Origin: Bacillota bacterium
GTDB taxonomy: Bacteria; Bacillota; Dethiobacteria; DTU022
Direction: 5' to 3'
Length of the DNA: 26,725 nucleotides
Assembly (NCBI GenBank): GCA_041309745.1
Contig: JBFYYZ010000186.1
Span: forward strand, 1 to 26,725
Below, in pieces: positions 9,564-19,053 of this stretch. The stretch's first letter is position 1. The number at the start of each line of letters is the position of its first letter. The notes beneath the pieces were generated by a model. The model was not told where the DNA came from. It worked only from the letters and a program-made list of their open reading frames with translations, and did not search any database. A program made the translations under genes and the position numbers.

Positions 9564-10598
9564 CTAGATAGCCAGCTGCTCTAATCCGGTTTCTTCCGGT
9601 AGGCCGAAGCTGATGTTCATGTTTTGAATTGCCTGGCCGGAAGCACCCTTCACCAGGTTATCAATGGCCGACATGATCACCAGTAGCCCGGTTCGTCGAT
9701 CTAACCTCAATGCCAGATCACAAAAATTTGTGCCCCTCACAAAACGGGTTTCAGGTAAACTTTTTTGATCATAAATCCGGATAAAATAGCTTTCCCTGTA
9801 GTAGTCTGTGTAAAGCGCTGTTATCTCTTCAAGACTTAACTCACCTTGAAGCTGCACATAGATGGTACTGAAAATACCCCTGATCATCGGCACCAGGTGA
9901 GGTGTAAAAGCAATTGTAGTTTTTTTGCCGGTAAGCCGGCCCAACTCCTGTTCTATTTCAGGTGTATGTTGATGAGAAAAAACCCTGTAGGCTTTAAAGT
10001 TTTCCGAGCATTCCGGAAAATGAAAAGGCTGCTTAGGTGCACGGCCAGCCCCTGAAACCCCTGATTTTGAATCAACAATAATCATTTCTAAATGGGCTAA
10101 CCGGTTTGCCAAAAGCGGCGCCAGGCCGAGGATGATCGAAGTGGGATAGCAACCGGGGTTGGCAATTAAATCGGCGCTCTTGATCTCTGCCCGGTAGAGT
10201 TCTGTTAACCCGTAGACAGCTGAAGAGAGCAGTGAAGGGTGCGGGTGCTTAAAATCATACCAACTTTGATAAAGGGCAGGATCTTTTAACCGGTAATCGG
10301 CGCTTAAGTCGATCACCTTTAAACCGCGTTCAAGCAGCGCCGGCACCACTGCTGCAGACTGTCCGTGGGGCAGGGCACAAAAAACCAGCTCGGCTGAGTC
10401 TGGTATGTTTTCAATTTTCAGGGCCTCCAGCTGCAGATTGATCCGCTTCTGAAACTGGGGGTGAACGCTGCTGTAGGGTTCACCGGCACTGCTTTCAGAG
10501 CTGAGAAAAACAAGATCCGCTTCCGGATGACCCTGGATGAGACGGACCAGCTCTGATCCCGTATATCCGGTTGCGCCAACTACTGCTACTTTAATCAT
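9564..10598 (-). CDS. argC: N-acetyl-gamma-glutamyl-phosphate reductase
   Basis: VAVVGATGYTG, IANPGCYPT, SGVSGAGR, AIDNLVKGASGQA. ATG at 10598 is best spaced from SD GGAGG (10610-10606); TTG codons at 10604 and 10601 are alternatives. Confidence 0.96.
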   Translation of the reverse strand: MIKVAVVGATGYTGSELVRLIQGHPEADLVFLSSESSAGEPYSSVHPQFQKRINLQLEALKIENIPDSAELVFCALPHGQSAAVVPALLERGLKVIDLSADYRLKDPALYQSWYDFKHPHPSLLSSAVYGLTELYRAEIKSADLIANPGCYPTSIILGLAPLLANRLAHLEMIIVDSKSGVSGAGRAPKQPFHFPECSENFKAYRVFSHQHTPEIEQELGRLTGKKTTIAFTPHLVPMIRGIFSTIYVQLQGELSLEEITALYTDYYRESYFIRIYDQKSLPETRFVRGTNFCDLALRLDRRTGLLVIMSAIDNLVKGASGQAIQNMNISFGLPEETGLEQLAI

Positions 10599-10610
10599 CA
10601 ACAACCCTCC

Positions 10611-10647
10611 AAATAAAATAACCCCTCATCCTAAAAAGGACGAAGGG
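10611..10647 (-). terminator. T-box attenuator terminator
   Basis: CCCTTCGTCC / GGATGAGGGG stem with a TTTTTA loop and a TTATTTTATTT tail immediately before the argC SD. Confidence 0.85.
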
Positions 10648-10880
10648 CTCGCGGTACCACCTTTATTGATCGGCAAATTATATGCCGAACCACTTAAACC
10701 GTTTTCATGAAAAACGGCCTTGATAACGGTATAAAACCGGGACAGCCTACACACCGGTATAAACCGGCTTCAACCACCACCTCCGGGGTGCGCTTCACCG
10801 CTTGTTTTAAGTCCGGACTTTCACCAACTCCGGCTCGCTGCTACCGCCACAATACGGTTACTCTCCCCATCACGGGCTTT
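10611..10880 (-). ncRNA. T-box riboswitch leader, Arg specifier (CGC)
   Basis: Minus strand reads GTGATGGGGAGAGTA (GA motif/AGTA), AGCGA...GGTGAAA distal loops, specifier loop GAA-G-CGC-A (CGC at 10792-10790), CCGTTA, stem III TCGGCA..TGCCGA, T-box AAGGTGGTACCGCG (GGTGGTACCGCG at 10661-10650), then a terminator. Confidence 0.92.
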
Positions 10881-10885
10881 ATAAT

Positions 10886-10925
10886 ATTGTAACAGATTCT
10901 ACAACAACAGCTTTAAAGCTGTCAA
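10886..10925 (-). promoter_or_regulatory. sigmaA-type promoter(s) for the arg leader
   Basis: TTGACA (10925-10920), N18, TAGAAT (10901-10896). Also an extended -10 TGtTACAAT (10894-10886), whose start site would fit the 5' end of stem I. Confidence 0.6.
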
Positions 10926-10954
10926 GGATTAATTGAACTTTATTTTTCTGCTTT

Positions 10955-12496
10955 TTATAGCGGTATATTGCCGTGCTTACGCATCAACCGCTGTTCGCGC
11001 TTGTTCTCAACCATTTCGAGCCCCCGGATCAGGTAAGCCCGTGTCTGGCGAGGATCAATTACCTCATCGATCCAGCCCCGGGCTGCCGCAATGTAGGGGT
11101 TGGCATATTTATCCCGGTACTGCTGGACCAGTTCCTGCCGTTTGGCATCTTGATCTTCAGCCGCCTCCAACTCACGCCGGTTAACAATGTTGACCGCCCC
11201 TTCAGGGCCCATAACTGCAATTTCGGCAGTTGGCCAGGCCAGGCAGAGATCGGCGCCCAGCGAGCGGGAGTTCATGGCAATGTAGGCGCCGCCGTAGGCC
11301 TTTCGCAATATAACAGAAATCTGGGGCACAGTCGCTTCTGAATAAGCATAAAGCACTTTTGCCCCGTGGCGAATAATGCCACCCCATTCCTGTTCTACTC
11401 CGGGCAGGTAACCGGGCACATCAACAAAAGTGATCAGGGGCAGGTTGAAACAGTCGCAAAAGCGAACAAAGCGGGCAATCTTATCGGAAGAGTTTACATC
11501 AAGACACCCGGCTTTGAACATTGGCTGGTTGGCAATCACCCCGACCGGTTTGCCGCCGAGGCGGGCGAAACCGACGACCGCATTCTGGGCATAACCCTCA
11601 TGCACTTCCATCAGATCGCTATTATCGACAACCCTTTTTATTACATCACGCACATCATAAGAACGATTTGGATTGTCCGGCATAATCGTCAACAGCTCTT
11701 CCTGATTTAATTCAGGCTCGCTGAATACAGCCAGCGGTGGATCGTCAACGTTATTGGAGGGCAGAAAACTGAGCAGGCGGCGAATCTGGGCAAAACACTC
11801 TTCCTCCTGATCGGCGTAAAAATGAGCAACGCCACTGGTCTGGTTATGGGTAGCAGCGCCACCCAGTTCCTCGGCAGAGACCTCCTCCCCGGTTACCGCC
11901 TTGATTACCTGCGGTCCGGTAATAAACATATTACCGATCTTACTGACCATAAAAACAAAATCAGTGATCGCCGGAGAATAAACTGCGCCACCGGCACAGG
12001 GGCCCATGATCACCGAAAGCTGGGGGATAACCCCCGAGCATAAAGTGTTGCGGTAAAAGATCGATCCAAAACCGTTAAGCGAATAAACCCCTTCCTGGAT
12101 CCTCGCCCCCCCGGAATCGTTAAGCCCGATAACGGGAGCTCCGTTCTGGGCCGCCAGGTCCAAAACCCGGCAGATCTTGGCTGCATGGACTTCACCGAGC
12201 GAACCGCCGGCAACTGTAAAATCCTGGGCATAAATATAAACGCGGCGACCTTCAATTGTTCCGTAACCGCTAACCACCCCTTCACCGGGATTGGGGTATT
12301 CAAGCGAGCTGGCATCCTCCAAACCGGTCTGGGCAAAGGTGCCAATCTCTACAAAACTGCCCTCATCTAAGAGCTTGTTCAGCCTTTCCCTGGCTGTCAG
12401 CTTGCCTTTGGCATACTGGTCTTCAATTCTTTTTTCGCCGCCACCCGCCATGGTCCGGTTTCTTCGCGCTTCGAGGTGTTCTAGTTTATCTTTCAT
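10955..12496 (-). CDS. Acyl-CoA carboxyltransferase beta subunit (propionyl-CoA carboxylase / methylmalonyl-CoA decarboxylase alpha type)
   Basis: GKLTARER, QDFTVAGGSLG, NDSGGARIQEG, MGPCAGGAVYSPA, DVPGYLPG, RKAYGGAY, KHGNIPL. ATG at 12496 follows SD GGTGAG. The direction of the reaction cannot be read from sequence. Confidence 0.93.
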   Translation of the reverse strand: MKDKLEHLEARRNRTMAGGGEKRIEDQYAKGKLTARERLNKLLDEGSFVEIGTFAQTGLEDASSLEYPNPGEGVVSGYGTIEGRRVYIYAQDFTVAGGSLGEVHAAKICRVLDLAAQNGAPVIGLNDSGGARIQEGVYSLNGFGSIFYRNTLCSGVIPQLSVIMGPCAGGAVYSPAITDFVFMVSKIGNMFITGPQVIKAVTGEEVSAEELGGAATHNQTSGVAHFYADQEEECFAQIRRLLSFLPSNNVDDPPLAVFSEPELNQEELLTIMPDNPNRSYDVRDVIKRVVDNSDLMEVHEGYAQNAVVGFARLGGKPVGVIANQPMFKAGCLDVNSSDKIARFVRFCDCFNLPLITFVDVPGYLPGVEQEWGGIIRHGAKVLYAYSEATVPQISVILRKAYGGAYIAMNSRSLGADLCLAWPTAEIAVMGPEGAVNIVNRRELEAAEDQDAKRQELVQQYRDKYANPYIAAARGWIDEVIDPRQTRAYLIRGLEMVENKREQRLMRKHGNIPL

Positions 12497-12532
12497 AACA
12501 CTCACCGCTTTCTTCACGATTCTTAATACTGG

Positions 12533-12931
12533 TTAACGTTCACAAATCTCTATTAACACCCCGCCTGTTGATTTGGGATGCAAAAAGGCGATCTTTGCCC
12601 CACCTGCTCCGTAGCGTGGTTTTTGATCAATCAGCGCTACTCCCTGCTGCTTCAACTGCTCAAGTTTTTCTTCAATATTTGAGACCCTGAAGGATAAATG
12701 GTGTACGCCGCCGCCTTTTTTTTCAATAAACTTACCGACCGGGCCTTCAGGGTCGGTTGATTCCAATAGCTCAATCTTACTTTCGCCAACCGGTAAAAAA
12801 GCAACTTTAACTTTTTGCTCTTCAACTACCTCTATGCCTTTACAGTTTAGACCCAGTTGATCGCGGTATAGTTTTAGAGCTTCATCAAGACTGGCAACTG
12901 CGATCCCGATATGATCTACCTTCTCAAACAT
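12533..12931 (-). CDS. mce: Methylmalonyl-CoA epimerase (VOC fold)
   Basis: [32 protein letters not shown]; mutase context. Confidence 0.93.
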   Translation of the reverse strand: MFEKVDHIGIAVASLDEALKLYRDQLGLNCKGIEVVEEQKVKVAFLPVGESKIELLESTDPEGPVGKFIEKKGGGVHHLSFRVSNIEEKLEQLKQQGVALIDQKPRYGAGGAKIAFLHPKSTGGVLIEICER

Positions 12932-12948
12932 TTATATCCCCCCATCCC

Positions 12949-13350
12949 TTAACTTAATTCAAGTTTGTTCCTGATGAAATTAACAATATCCACTGTTGAT
13001 GAACCGGGTGTAAAAACTTCAGCCACTCCGTGTTCTTTCAGGTAAGCAATATCATCGCGGGGAATAATACCGCCAACAAGAACGATTATATCACTGCTCT
13101 CCTGCTCGCGCAGCATCTCAACCACCGGCGGGATTAATTGCATGTGCGCTCCGGACAAGATGCTTAAACCGATCACCTGGACATCTTCCTGCAGTGCCGT
13201 TTCCACAATTTGTTCCGGTGTCTGTCGCAAACCGGTATAGATAACCTCCATACCGGCGTCCCGCAACGCCTGGGCTACGACCTTCGCCCCGCGATCGTGG
13301 CCATCGAGGCCAATTTTACCGACCAGGACCCGAACCAGTTTATCGGACAT
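12949..13350 (-). CDS. Cobalamin-binding small subunit of a split methylmalonyl-CoA mutase
   Basis: DxHxxG motif in [11 protein letters not shown], plus GLSILSGAH and VGGIIP. ATG at 13350 follows SD GGAGG. Confidence 0.94.
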   Translation of the reverse strand: MSDKLVRVLVGKIGLDGHDRGAKVVAQALRDAGMEVIYTGLRQTPEQIVETALQEDVQVIGLSILSGAHMQLIPPVVEMLREQESSDIIVLVGGIIPRDDIAYLKEHGVAEVFTPGSSTVDIVNFIRNKLELS

Positions 13351-13401
13351 CGTACTACCTCCTTCGCGATTCAAACTGCATTTGCAGTTATCCGCTTCAA
13401 T

Positions 13402-15075
13402 TTAAATCGTGATCTGCTGCTGGTACTCACCAAATACATCACGCAAAACCCCGCAAATTTCACCGAGAGTGGCGTAAGCTTTTACCGCTTCGAATATCGC
13501 GGGCATCAGGTTATCGCTGCCCTGAGCAGCTCGCCTCAGTTCCTGCAGGGTTTCTGCCACTTTGGCCTGGTTACGGCTGAGTCTGACTTCTTTAAGCCGC
13601 TCTACCTGTCTCTGGCTGGTAGCGGGGTCCATTTTTAAAAGATCGATCGGCTGTTCACCGCTGATCGTAAAGCGGTTTACACCAACCACCACCCGCTCCT
13701 CTGATTCGATCTCTTTCTGGTAACGATAAGCGCTGGCCTGAATTTCTTTTTGAATATAGCCTTTTTCAATTGCTTCGACAGCACCGCCGATCTCATCGAT
13801 TTTATCAATATAGCTTAAAATATCGTTTTCAACCTGATCGGTCAGTTTCTCAATGAAATATGATCCGCCCAGCGGATCGACCGTGTCGGTAACCCCGATT
13901 TCATAGCCGATTACCTGCTGGGTGCGCAAAGCCAGCAGCACGGAAGGCTCGCTGGGTAAAGCGAGCGCTTCGTCACGCGAATTGGTATGCAGTGATTGAG
14001 TGCCACCTAATACCGCGCTAAGCGCCTGGTAGGCTACACGCATCAGGTTAACGTCAGGCTGCTGGGCTGTCAGGGTGGAGCCTGCCGTCTGGGTGTGGAA
14101 CCGCAGCATCATCGAGCGCGGGTTTTTGGCTCCAAAACGTTCTTTCATCAGGCGGGCCCAAATCCTTCTGGCCGCCCTGAATTTTGCAATTTCTTCAAAA
14201 AAGTTCGAGTGGGCATTAAAGAAGAAGGATAAACGGGGAGCAAACTGGTCCACTTCCAGCCCCGCGGCTACTGCCGCTTCAACATAGGCAATGGCATTGC
14301 CCAGGGTAAAAGCCACTTCCTGGACCGCCGTGGAACCGGCCTCACGAATGTGATAGCCGCTGATGCTAATCGTATTCCAGTTTGGAATCATTTTGCCGGC
14401 ATAGGCAAAGATGTCAATAATAATGCGCATCGATTCCCGTGGCGGGAAAATGTAGGTGCCCCGGGCAACATATTCCTTTAAAATATCATTCTGGATGGTG
14501 CCGTTGAGCTGTTCCATCGCAATACCCTGTTTTTCGGCCACCGCCATATACATAGCCAGCAATACCACAGCCGGAGAATTGATCGTCATTGAGGTGCTGA
14601 CCTTGTCAAGGGGGATTTGATCCATCAAAATCTCCATATCCGCGAGCGAATCGATCGCCACCCCCACTTTACCCACTTCGCCGCGGGCCAGGGGGTGATC
14701 CGAGTCGTATCCGATCTGGGTCGGTAGATCAAATGCTACACTGAGGCCGGTTTGACCCTGCTCCAGCAGATAGCGAAACCTTTCGTTGGTTTCTTCAGCG
14801 CTGCCAAAGCCCGCGTACTGACGCATGGTCCAGAGGCGCCCGCGGTACATGGTCGGTTGAATCCCCCGTGTATAGGGATACTCACCCGGCCAGTTAAGCT
14901 GTTCTTGGTACTTAAATGATTCCAAATCCAGGGTATCGTAGACCCTTTCGATCTCATAGTCAGAATCAGTCTTGAATGTTTTGCTTTCCGGGTGCTTTTC
15001 CAAAGATTTATTTACTTTTTCACACCAGGCCTCTTTTGCTGCAGCGAGCTCCGTATTATTCTGCTGCTCACTCAT
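13402..15075 (-). CDS. Methylmalonyl-CoA mutase, substrate-binding (TIM barrel) subunit
   Basis: [53 protein letters not shown] at 15075 follows SD AAGGAGG. 557 aa. Confidence 0.95.
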   Translation of the reverse strand: MSEQQNNTELAAAKEAWCEKVNKSLEKHPESKTFKTDSDYEIERVYDTLDLESFKYQEQLNWPGEYPYTRGIQPTMYRGRLWTMRQYAGFGSAEETNERFRYLLEQGQTGLSVAFDLPTQIGYDSDHPLARGEVGKVGVAIDSLADMEILMDQIPLDKVSTSMTINSPAVVLLAMYMAVAEKQGIAMEQLNGTIQNDILKEYVARGTYIFPPRESMRIIIDIFAYAGKMIPNWNTISISGYHIREAGSTAVQEVAFTLGNAIAYVEAAVAAGLEVDQFAPRLSFFFNAHSNFFEEIAKFRAARRIWARLMKERFGAKNPRSMMLRFHTQTAGSTLTAQQPDVNLMRVAYQALSAVLGGTQSLHTNSRDEALALPSEPSVLLALRTQQVIGYEIGVTDTVDPLGGSYFIEKLTDQVENDILSYIDKIDEIGGAVEAIEKGYIQKEIQASAYRYQKEIESEERVVVGVNRFTISGEQPIDLLKMDPATSQRQVERLKEVRLSRNQAKVAETLQELRRAAQGSDNLMPAIFEAVKAYATLGEICGVLRDVFGEYQQQITI

Positions 15076-15112
15076 TGTTGCTTCAGCCTCCTTTCTGATC
15101 ACCCAAAAATAC

Positions 15113-15979
15113 TTAAACTTTTTCTTTGATAAACCTGACAATTTCATCGGGTAAAGCCGCAACTTTAACCCCGGCTGCGGTAAGCGCTTTTACTTTACCG
15201 TCAAAGGTCCCTTTACCCCTCTCGATAATCGCCCCGGCATGGCCCATTCTTTTGCCCGGAGGAGCGCTTTTCCCAGCCAGGTAAGCGACAACCGGTTTAC
15301 TGATTTCCCTGGCAATAAATTCTGCCGCTTCTTCCTCGGCGCTGCCACCGATTTCTCCAACCAGCACAATCGCTTTCGTTTCCGGATCGGCTTCAAACTG
15401 TTTTAAAACATCGATAAAGTGCAAGCCAACCACCCGGTCTCCGCCAAGGCCGACTACGGTTGTGGTCCCGGTTTGATTGGCCGTCAGATGGCCAACTATT
15501 TCATAACAGAGGGTTCCACTGCGCGAAACCACCCCGACCGGACCGGGAATAAAATACTTGTTAGGCATAATGCCGATTTTGCAGTGACCCGATGAAACAA
15601 GGCCGAAAGTATTGGGGCCAACTACCACAGCATCCTTGGTTTTAGCATAAGCCATGATATCCATCGCATCATGAAGCGGGATATGTTCAGGGATCAGCAC
15701 CACTAGTTTAATACCGGCATCCAAAGCCTCAAGCGCGGCATCGCGGGCAAAGGGCGCAGGAATAAACAGAATCGATGCTTCAGCAGGCTGTTTCTCCATC
15801 GCTTCGAAGACTGTATCAAAAACCGGTACCCCTTCAACACTCTGCCCGCCTTTGCCCGGCGATACTCCTCCGACAATTCCGGTGCCGTACTCCAGCATCT
15901 GCCCGGTATGAAACGAGCCCTGTTTTCCCGTAATGCCCTGAACCAGGACCCGGGTCTGCTTATTTATGTAAATAGCCAT
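15113..15979 (-). CDS. sucD: Succinyl-CoA synthetase alpha subunit
   Basis: [28 protein letters not shown], phospho-His motif KRMGHAG. Confidence 0.93.
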   Translation of the reverse strand: MAIYINKQTRVLVQGITGKQGSFHTGQMLEYGTGIVGGVSPGKGGQSVEGVPVFDTVFEAMEKQPAEASILFIPAPFARDAALEALDAGIKLVVLIPEHIPLHDAMDIMAYAKTKDAVVVGPNTFGLVSSGHCKIGIMPNKYFIPGPVGVVSRSGTLCYEIVGHLTANQTGTTTVVGLGGDRVVGLHFIDVLKQFEADPETKAIVLVGEIGGSAEEEAAEFIAREISKPVVAYLAGKSAPPGKRMGHAGAIIERGKGTFDGKVKALTAAGVKVAALPDEIVRFIKEKV

Positions 15980-16060
15980 TTAAACTACTCCTTTCAAACT
16001 TTTTGTCTGACCAACCTGAATCTTAAAAATTCAGGTAAACCATAATGCGGGAACGAGCGG

Positions 16061-17170
16061 TTAGTAAGCTTTGGCAGATTCCACTGCCTGGCGCACCGCA
16101 TCATCCATGGTGCTGAAAACCCTGATCCCTGCATTTTCTAAGATTGCCTTTCCTTCAGTTTCGTTGGTCCCAACGAGGCGAAATGATACAGGAAGATCAA
16201 ACCCTTTGCTTTCCCTGACCTTGATAAAAGCTTCAGCCACCACATCGCAGCGAGTAATACCGCCAAAAATGTTGATTAAAAGCACCTTGGGGTTGGTGCC
16301 AAGCAGAAGTTCAAGGGCCTGGGAAGTTCTTTCCACATCTGCCCCGCCCCCGAAGTCAAGGAAGTTAGCAGGCTGCCCGCCATAATGCTCCACGATATCA
16401 AGAGTAGCCATGGTAATCCCGGCACCGTTGGCCATGATCGCAATGTTGCCATCGAGTTCAACATAGGCCAGGTCAAGTTCTTCAGCGCGCAGCTCGAGAG
16501 CGGTTTTCTCCTTGATCTTCGGCAGGGTGGGATGGCGGTATAGTGCATCATCGTCGATGGTCACCTTGGCATCGGCCGCCACCAGGCCCTGCGGAGTGAC
16601 CGCCAGGGGGTTAATTTCAGCCAGTTCGGCATCCAGATCCCGGAAAAGCTGATACAGCTTGGGCATAAAAGATAAAAATTCTTTTTGCAGGCTGCCGCTT
16701 ACGCCCAGCCGGCGGCATATTTCACGGACCGTATAATCCTGCATGCCGATAGAAATATCGACAGGCCATTTAATCATCCGCTCTTCCGGAACATCCTCGA
16801 TATCCATTCCGCCGTCTAATGAGGCAAGGACGATCGGTCTTTTGGTTGAACCATCAACGGTCAAAGCCAGGTACAGTTCCTGTTCAATTTGCAGTTTTTC
16901 TTCAACCAGCAGTTTTTCCACGACCAGATCGTTTAGTTTCATTTGCAGAATACGTCCGGCCTCTTCACGGGCCTGATCCGGGCTGGAAGCAAAGGAGATA
17001 CCCCCTGCTTTGCCCCTTTTGCCGCTTAAAACCTGGGATTTAATAACCACATCACCCAGTCCGGCAGCAACCTCAGCAGCTTCTTCTGCGCTAGCCACAA
17101 CTTTACCGCGCGGTACCGGGATGCCATATTCCTTAAAAAGTTCTTTACCAAGATACTCATAAAGTTTCAA
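16061..17170 (-). CDS. sucC: Succinyl-CoA synthetase beta subunit
   Basis: MKLYEY.GK, RGKAGG, EINPL, NGAGITMAT.D, ANFLDFGGG, NIFGGITRCD. TTG start with SD GGAGG. Confidence 0.93.
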   Translation of the reverse strand: MKLYEYLGKELFKEYGIPVPRGKVVASAEEAAEVAAGLGDVVIKSQVLSGKRGKAGGISFASSPDQAREEAGRILQMKLNDLVVEKLLVEEKLQIEQELYLALTVDGSTKRPIVLASLDGGMDIEDVPEERMIKWPVDISIGMQDYTVREICRRLGVSGSLQKEFLSFMPKLYQLFRDLDAELAEINPLAVTPQGLVAADAKVTIDDDALYRHPTLPKIKEKTALELRAEELDLAYVELDGNIAIMANGAGITMATLDIVEHYGGQPANFLDFGGGADVERTSQALELLLGTNPKVLLINIFGGITRCDVVAEAFIKVRESKGFDLPVSFRLVGTNETEGKAILENAGIRVFSTMDDAVRQAVESAKAY

Positions 17171-17199
17171 TTTACTGCCTCCATTCTCCTGATCTTTTG

Positions 17200-18888
17200 C
17201 TAACTGCTGTATTTTTTCAGTTTATTATACAGAGTAGCGAGGGAAATATTCAAGGCCTGGGCCGCTTTTTTCTTGCCTTCCAGGTTTTCGCCATACCTGG
17301 TCAGAGCTAATTTAAGCATTTTTTCTTCCATCTTTTCAAGTGGCACGATCTCCTCAAAATCAGAGAGGTCATGTAAACCAAGGCGCCCAATGTAAGGCAG
17401 CAGATGATGGTATTCGATAACCGGTCCGTCTGCTTCAATCATCGCCCGCTCCAGGGCGCTCTTCAGTTCGCTGATATTGCCCGGCCACTCGTAGGCCATC
17501 AACTCCTGCATCGCCCTGGCCGAAATCTCATTAACTGACCTGCCAAGTTTGCGGTTAAGCCCGGCCATCAAATCTTCCGCCAGCAGCGGGATGTCATCCT
17601 GGCGCTTGCGCAGTGGCGGCAGATCAATCGACACCAGGCTCAGCTTGCGGTAAAGTTCTTCAGAAAAGTAGCCCTTGTAAGAGGCATCGAGCAGGTTTTC
17701 TCCGGCGGAAGCAACAATCCGTACATCGGTCGGAATCTCCTGTTCTCCGCCAATCCTGACAAATGAATGCTGCTCTAAAACTTGAAGCAGTTTTTTCTGT
17801 AGGAAAGGGTTCAGGGAATTGATTTCTTTGACAAAAAGGGTGCTTCCTTCAGCCAGTTCAAGCTTGCCCAGCCTGGTCCTCAAGATGCCCGGCATTGCTC
17901 CTTTTTCACAACCGAAAAGTTCTATCTCCTGCAGGGAATCAGGAACTGACGAACAATCAAAAACTATTAAGGGGCGCTTATTCCGTGAACTGCCACTGTG
18001 AATGGCCCGGGCAAAGAGGCTTTTACCGGTTCCGCTTTCACCGCTGATTAAAAGAGAGGATTCACTGCGCGCCGCCTTGCGGGCCTTTTCAACAGCAGCA
18101 CAAAAAATTCTACTTTGCCCGATTAGCATCTCAAAACTGCACCTGAATCCAGAAATCTGGTCAATCTGAGCATAGAGGTTATCAATAATCGTATTGCTGT
18201 GTTTCAACTCGTCCATCAGTTTTAAGATATCGCCAACCGACTGAAACACAACCACCGCTCCCATTATTTCACCATCAACAACAATCGGTGAAGCATTGGA
18301 GATGACGTCAGCGGCCGATCCGCCTACATAGGTCCGGTATCCGGTAACCGGTTTATGCTGGATTAAAGCCTGGGCGAGAGCACCATGGGGCGATACATCG
18401 AAGATCGAGCGGTTAATTCTTTTCTGCTCAGGGATTCCTGTAACCCGGCTGAAAGCCGGATTAACATACTTGATGATGCCCTTGGCATCAACCACCTCTA
18501 CTGCATCCTGGACCGAGTTTAGGATCGCCAGCAGCTCGCCTTTCAACAACCTGGTTTCTAAAAGTTTTTCGCGGGAACTGAAAATTGCATGCAGCACTGA
18601 ACCCGGAATCAATTGTTCATACTTAACATTTTTATTAATTCTCTGTCGCAGATATTCCCCGACCTTTGGTACGCCGGTTCCATCGATCACTGCGTCGAGT
18701 TCGCTCAGGGCGGTAACTTTATCCAGATCAGCGGTGATGAAATATTGCTTGCGTTCTAAATCCGATAACCAGTCGATCACACCGTCGGGGCAGGCCAGGG
18801 CAACCAACTCCAGTTCCGGGCATTGTTCGAGAAAATGAAACAGGTCCGGACCTTGATCACCACGGAGGACAAGGGCTGTTTTGATCAA
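17200..18888 (-). CDS. PAS-AAA+-Fis HTH transcriptional regulator (bEBP architecture) with degenerate sigma54-activation motifs
   Basis: PAS region (VEVVDAKGIIKYVNPAF), Walker A GESGTGKS, WPGNI.EL, C-terminal HTH AAQALNISLATLYNKLKKY. GAFTGA reads GAMPGI and Walker B reads LFVKE. Confidence 0.88.
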   Translation of the reverse strand: MIKTALVLRGDQGPDLFHFLEQCPELELVALACPDGVIDWLSDLERKQYFITADLDKVTALSELDAVIDGTGVPKVGEYLRQRINKNVKYEQLIPGSVLHAIFSSREKLLETRLLKGELLAILNSVQDAVEVVDAKGIIKYVNPAFSRVTGIPEQKRINRSIFDVSPHGALAQALIQHKPVTGYRTYVGGSAADVISNASPIVVDGEIMGAVVVFQSVGDILKLMDELKHSNTIIDNLYAQIDQISGFRCSFEMLIGQSRIFCAAVEKARKAARSESSLLISGESGTGKSLFARAIHSGSSRNKRPLIVFDCSSVPDSLQEIELFGCEKGAMPGILRTRLGKLELAEGSTLFVKEINSLNPFLQKKLLQVLEQHSFVRIGGEQEIPTDVRIVASAGENLLDASYKGYFSEELYRKLSLVSIDLPPLRKRQDDIPLLAEDLMAGLNRKLGRSVNEISARAMQELMAYEWPGNISELKSALERAMIEADGPVIEYHHLLPYIGRLGLHDLSDFEEIVPLEKMEEKMLKLALTRYGENLEGKKKAAQALNISLATLYNKLKKYSS

Positions 18889-18921
18889 AAGCTAACGCTC
18901 CTTCCTTCTTCACCTTAGAAT

Positions 18922-18948
18922 ATTCGTAAAAATTAGAAGAAATCCTGC
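18922..18948 (-). promoter_or_regulatory. sigmaH-type promoter for the regulator-suc-mutase cluster
   Basis: GCAGGATTT (18948-18940), N12, ACGAAT (18927-18922). AGGA and GAAT are 17 nt apart, matching the Bacillota sigmaH consensus. Confidence 0.65.
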
Positions 18949-19024
18949 CTACTGCATTCTTTTTTCCATAACCGGCAACTACTCAGGCTTTGATCATTCA
19001 GCTGATTCAGGATTGCAGAGCTTA

Positions 19025-19053
19025 TTGTTTTTCGATGGTAAAGTGTTTATAAT
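19025..19053 (+). promoter_or_regulatory. sigmaA-type promoter for tRNA-Leu
   Basis: TTGTTT, N17, TATAAT, ending 18 nt before the tRNA. Confidence 0.6.

Noticed and set aside
13402-15075. Isobutyryl-CoA or 2-hydroxyisobutyryl-CoA mutase
   Set aside because: The specificity residue is Tyr (MRQYAGF), not Phe or Ile, and the epimerase and sucCD context fits methylmalonyl-CoA.
18990-19012. Short palindromes TGATCA, TCAGCTGA and CTGATTCAG between the divergent promoters
   Set aside because: Too short to distinguish from chance, though they would be worth including in a footprint of the bEBP-like regulator.
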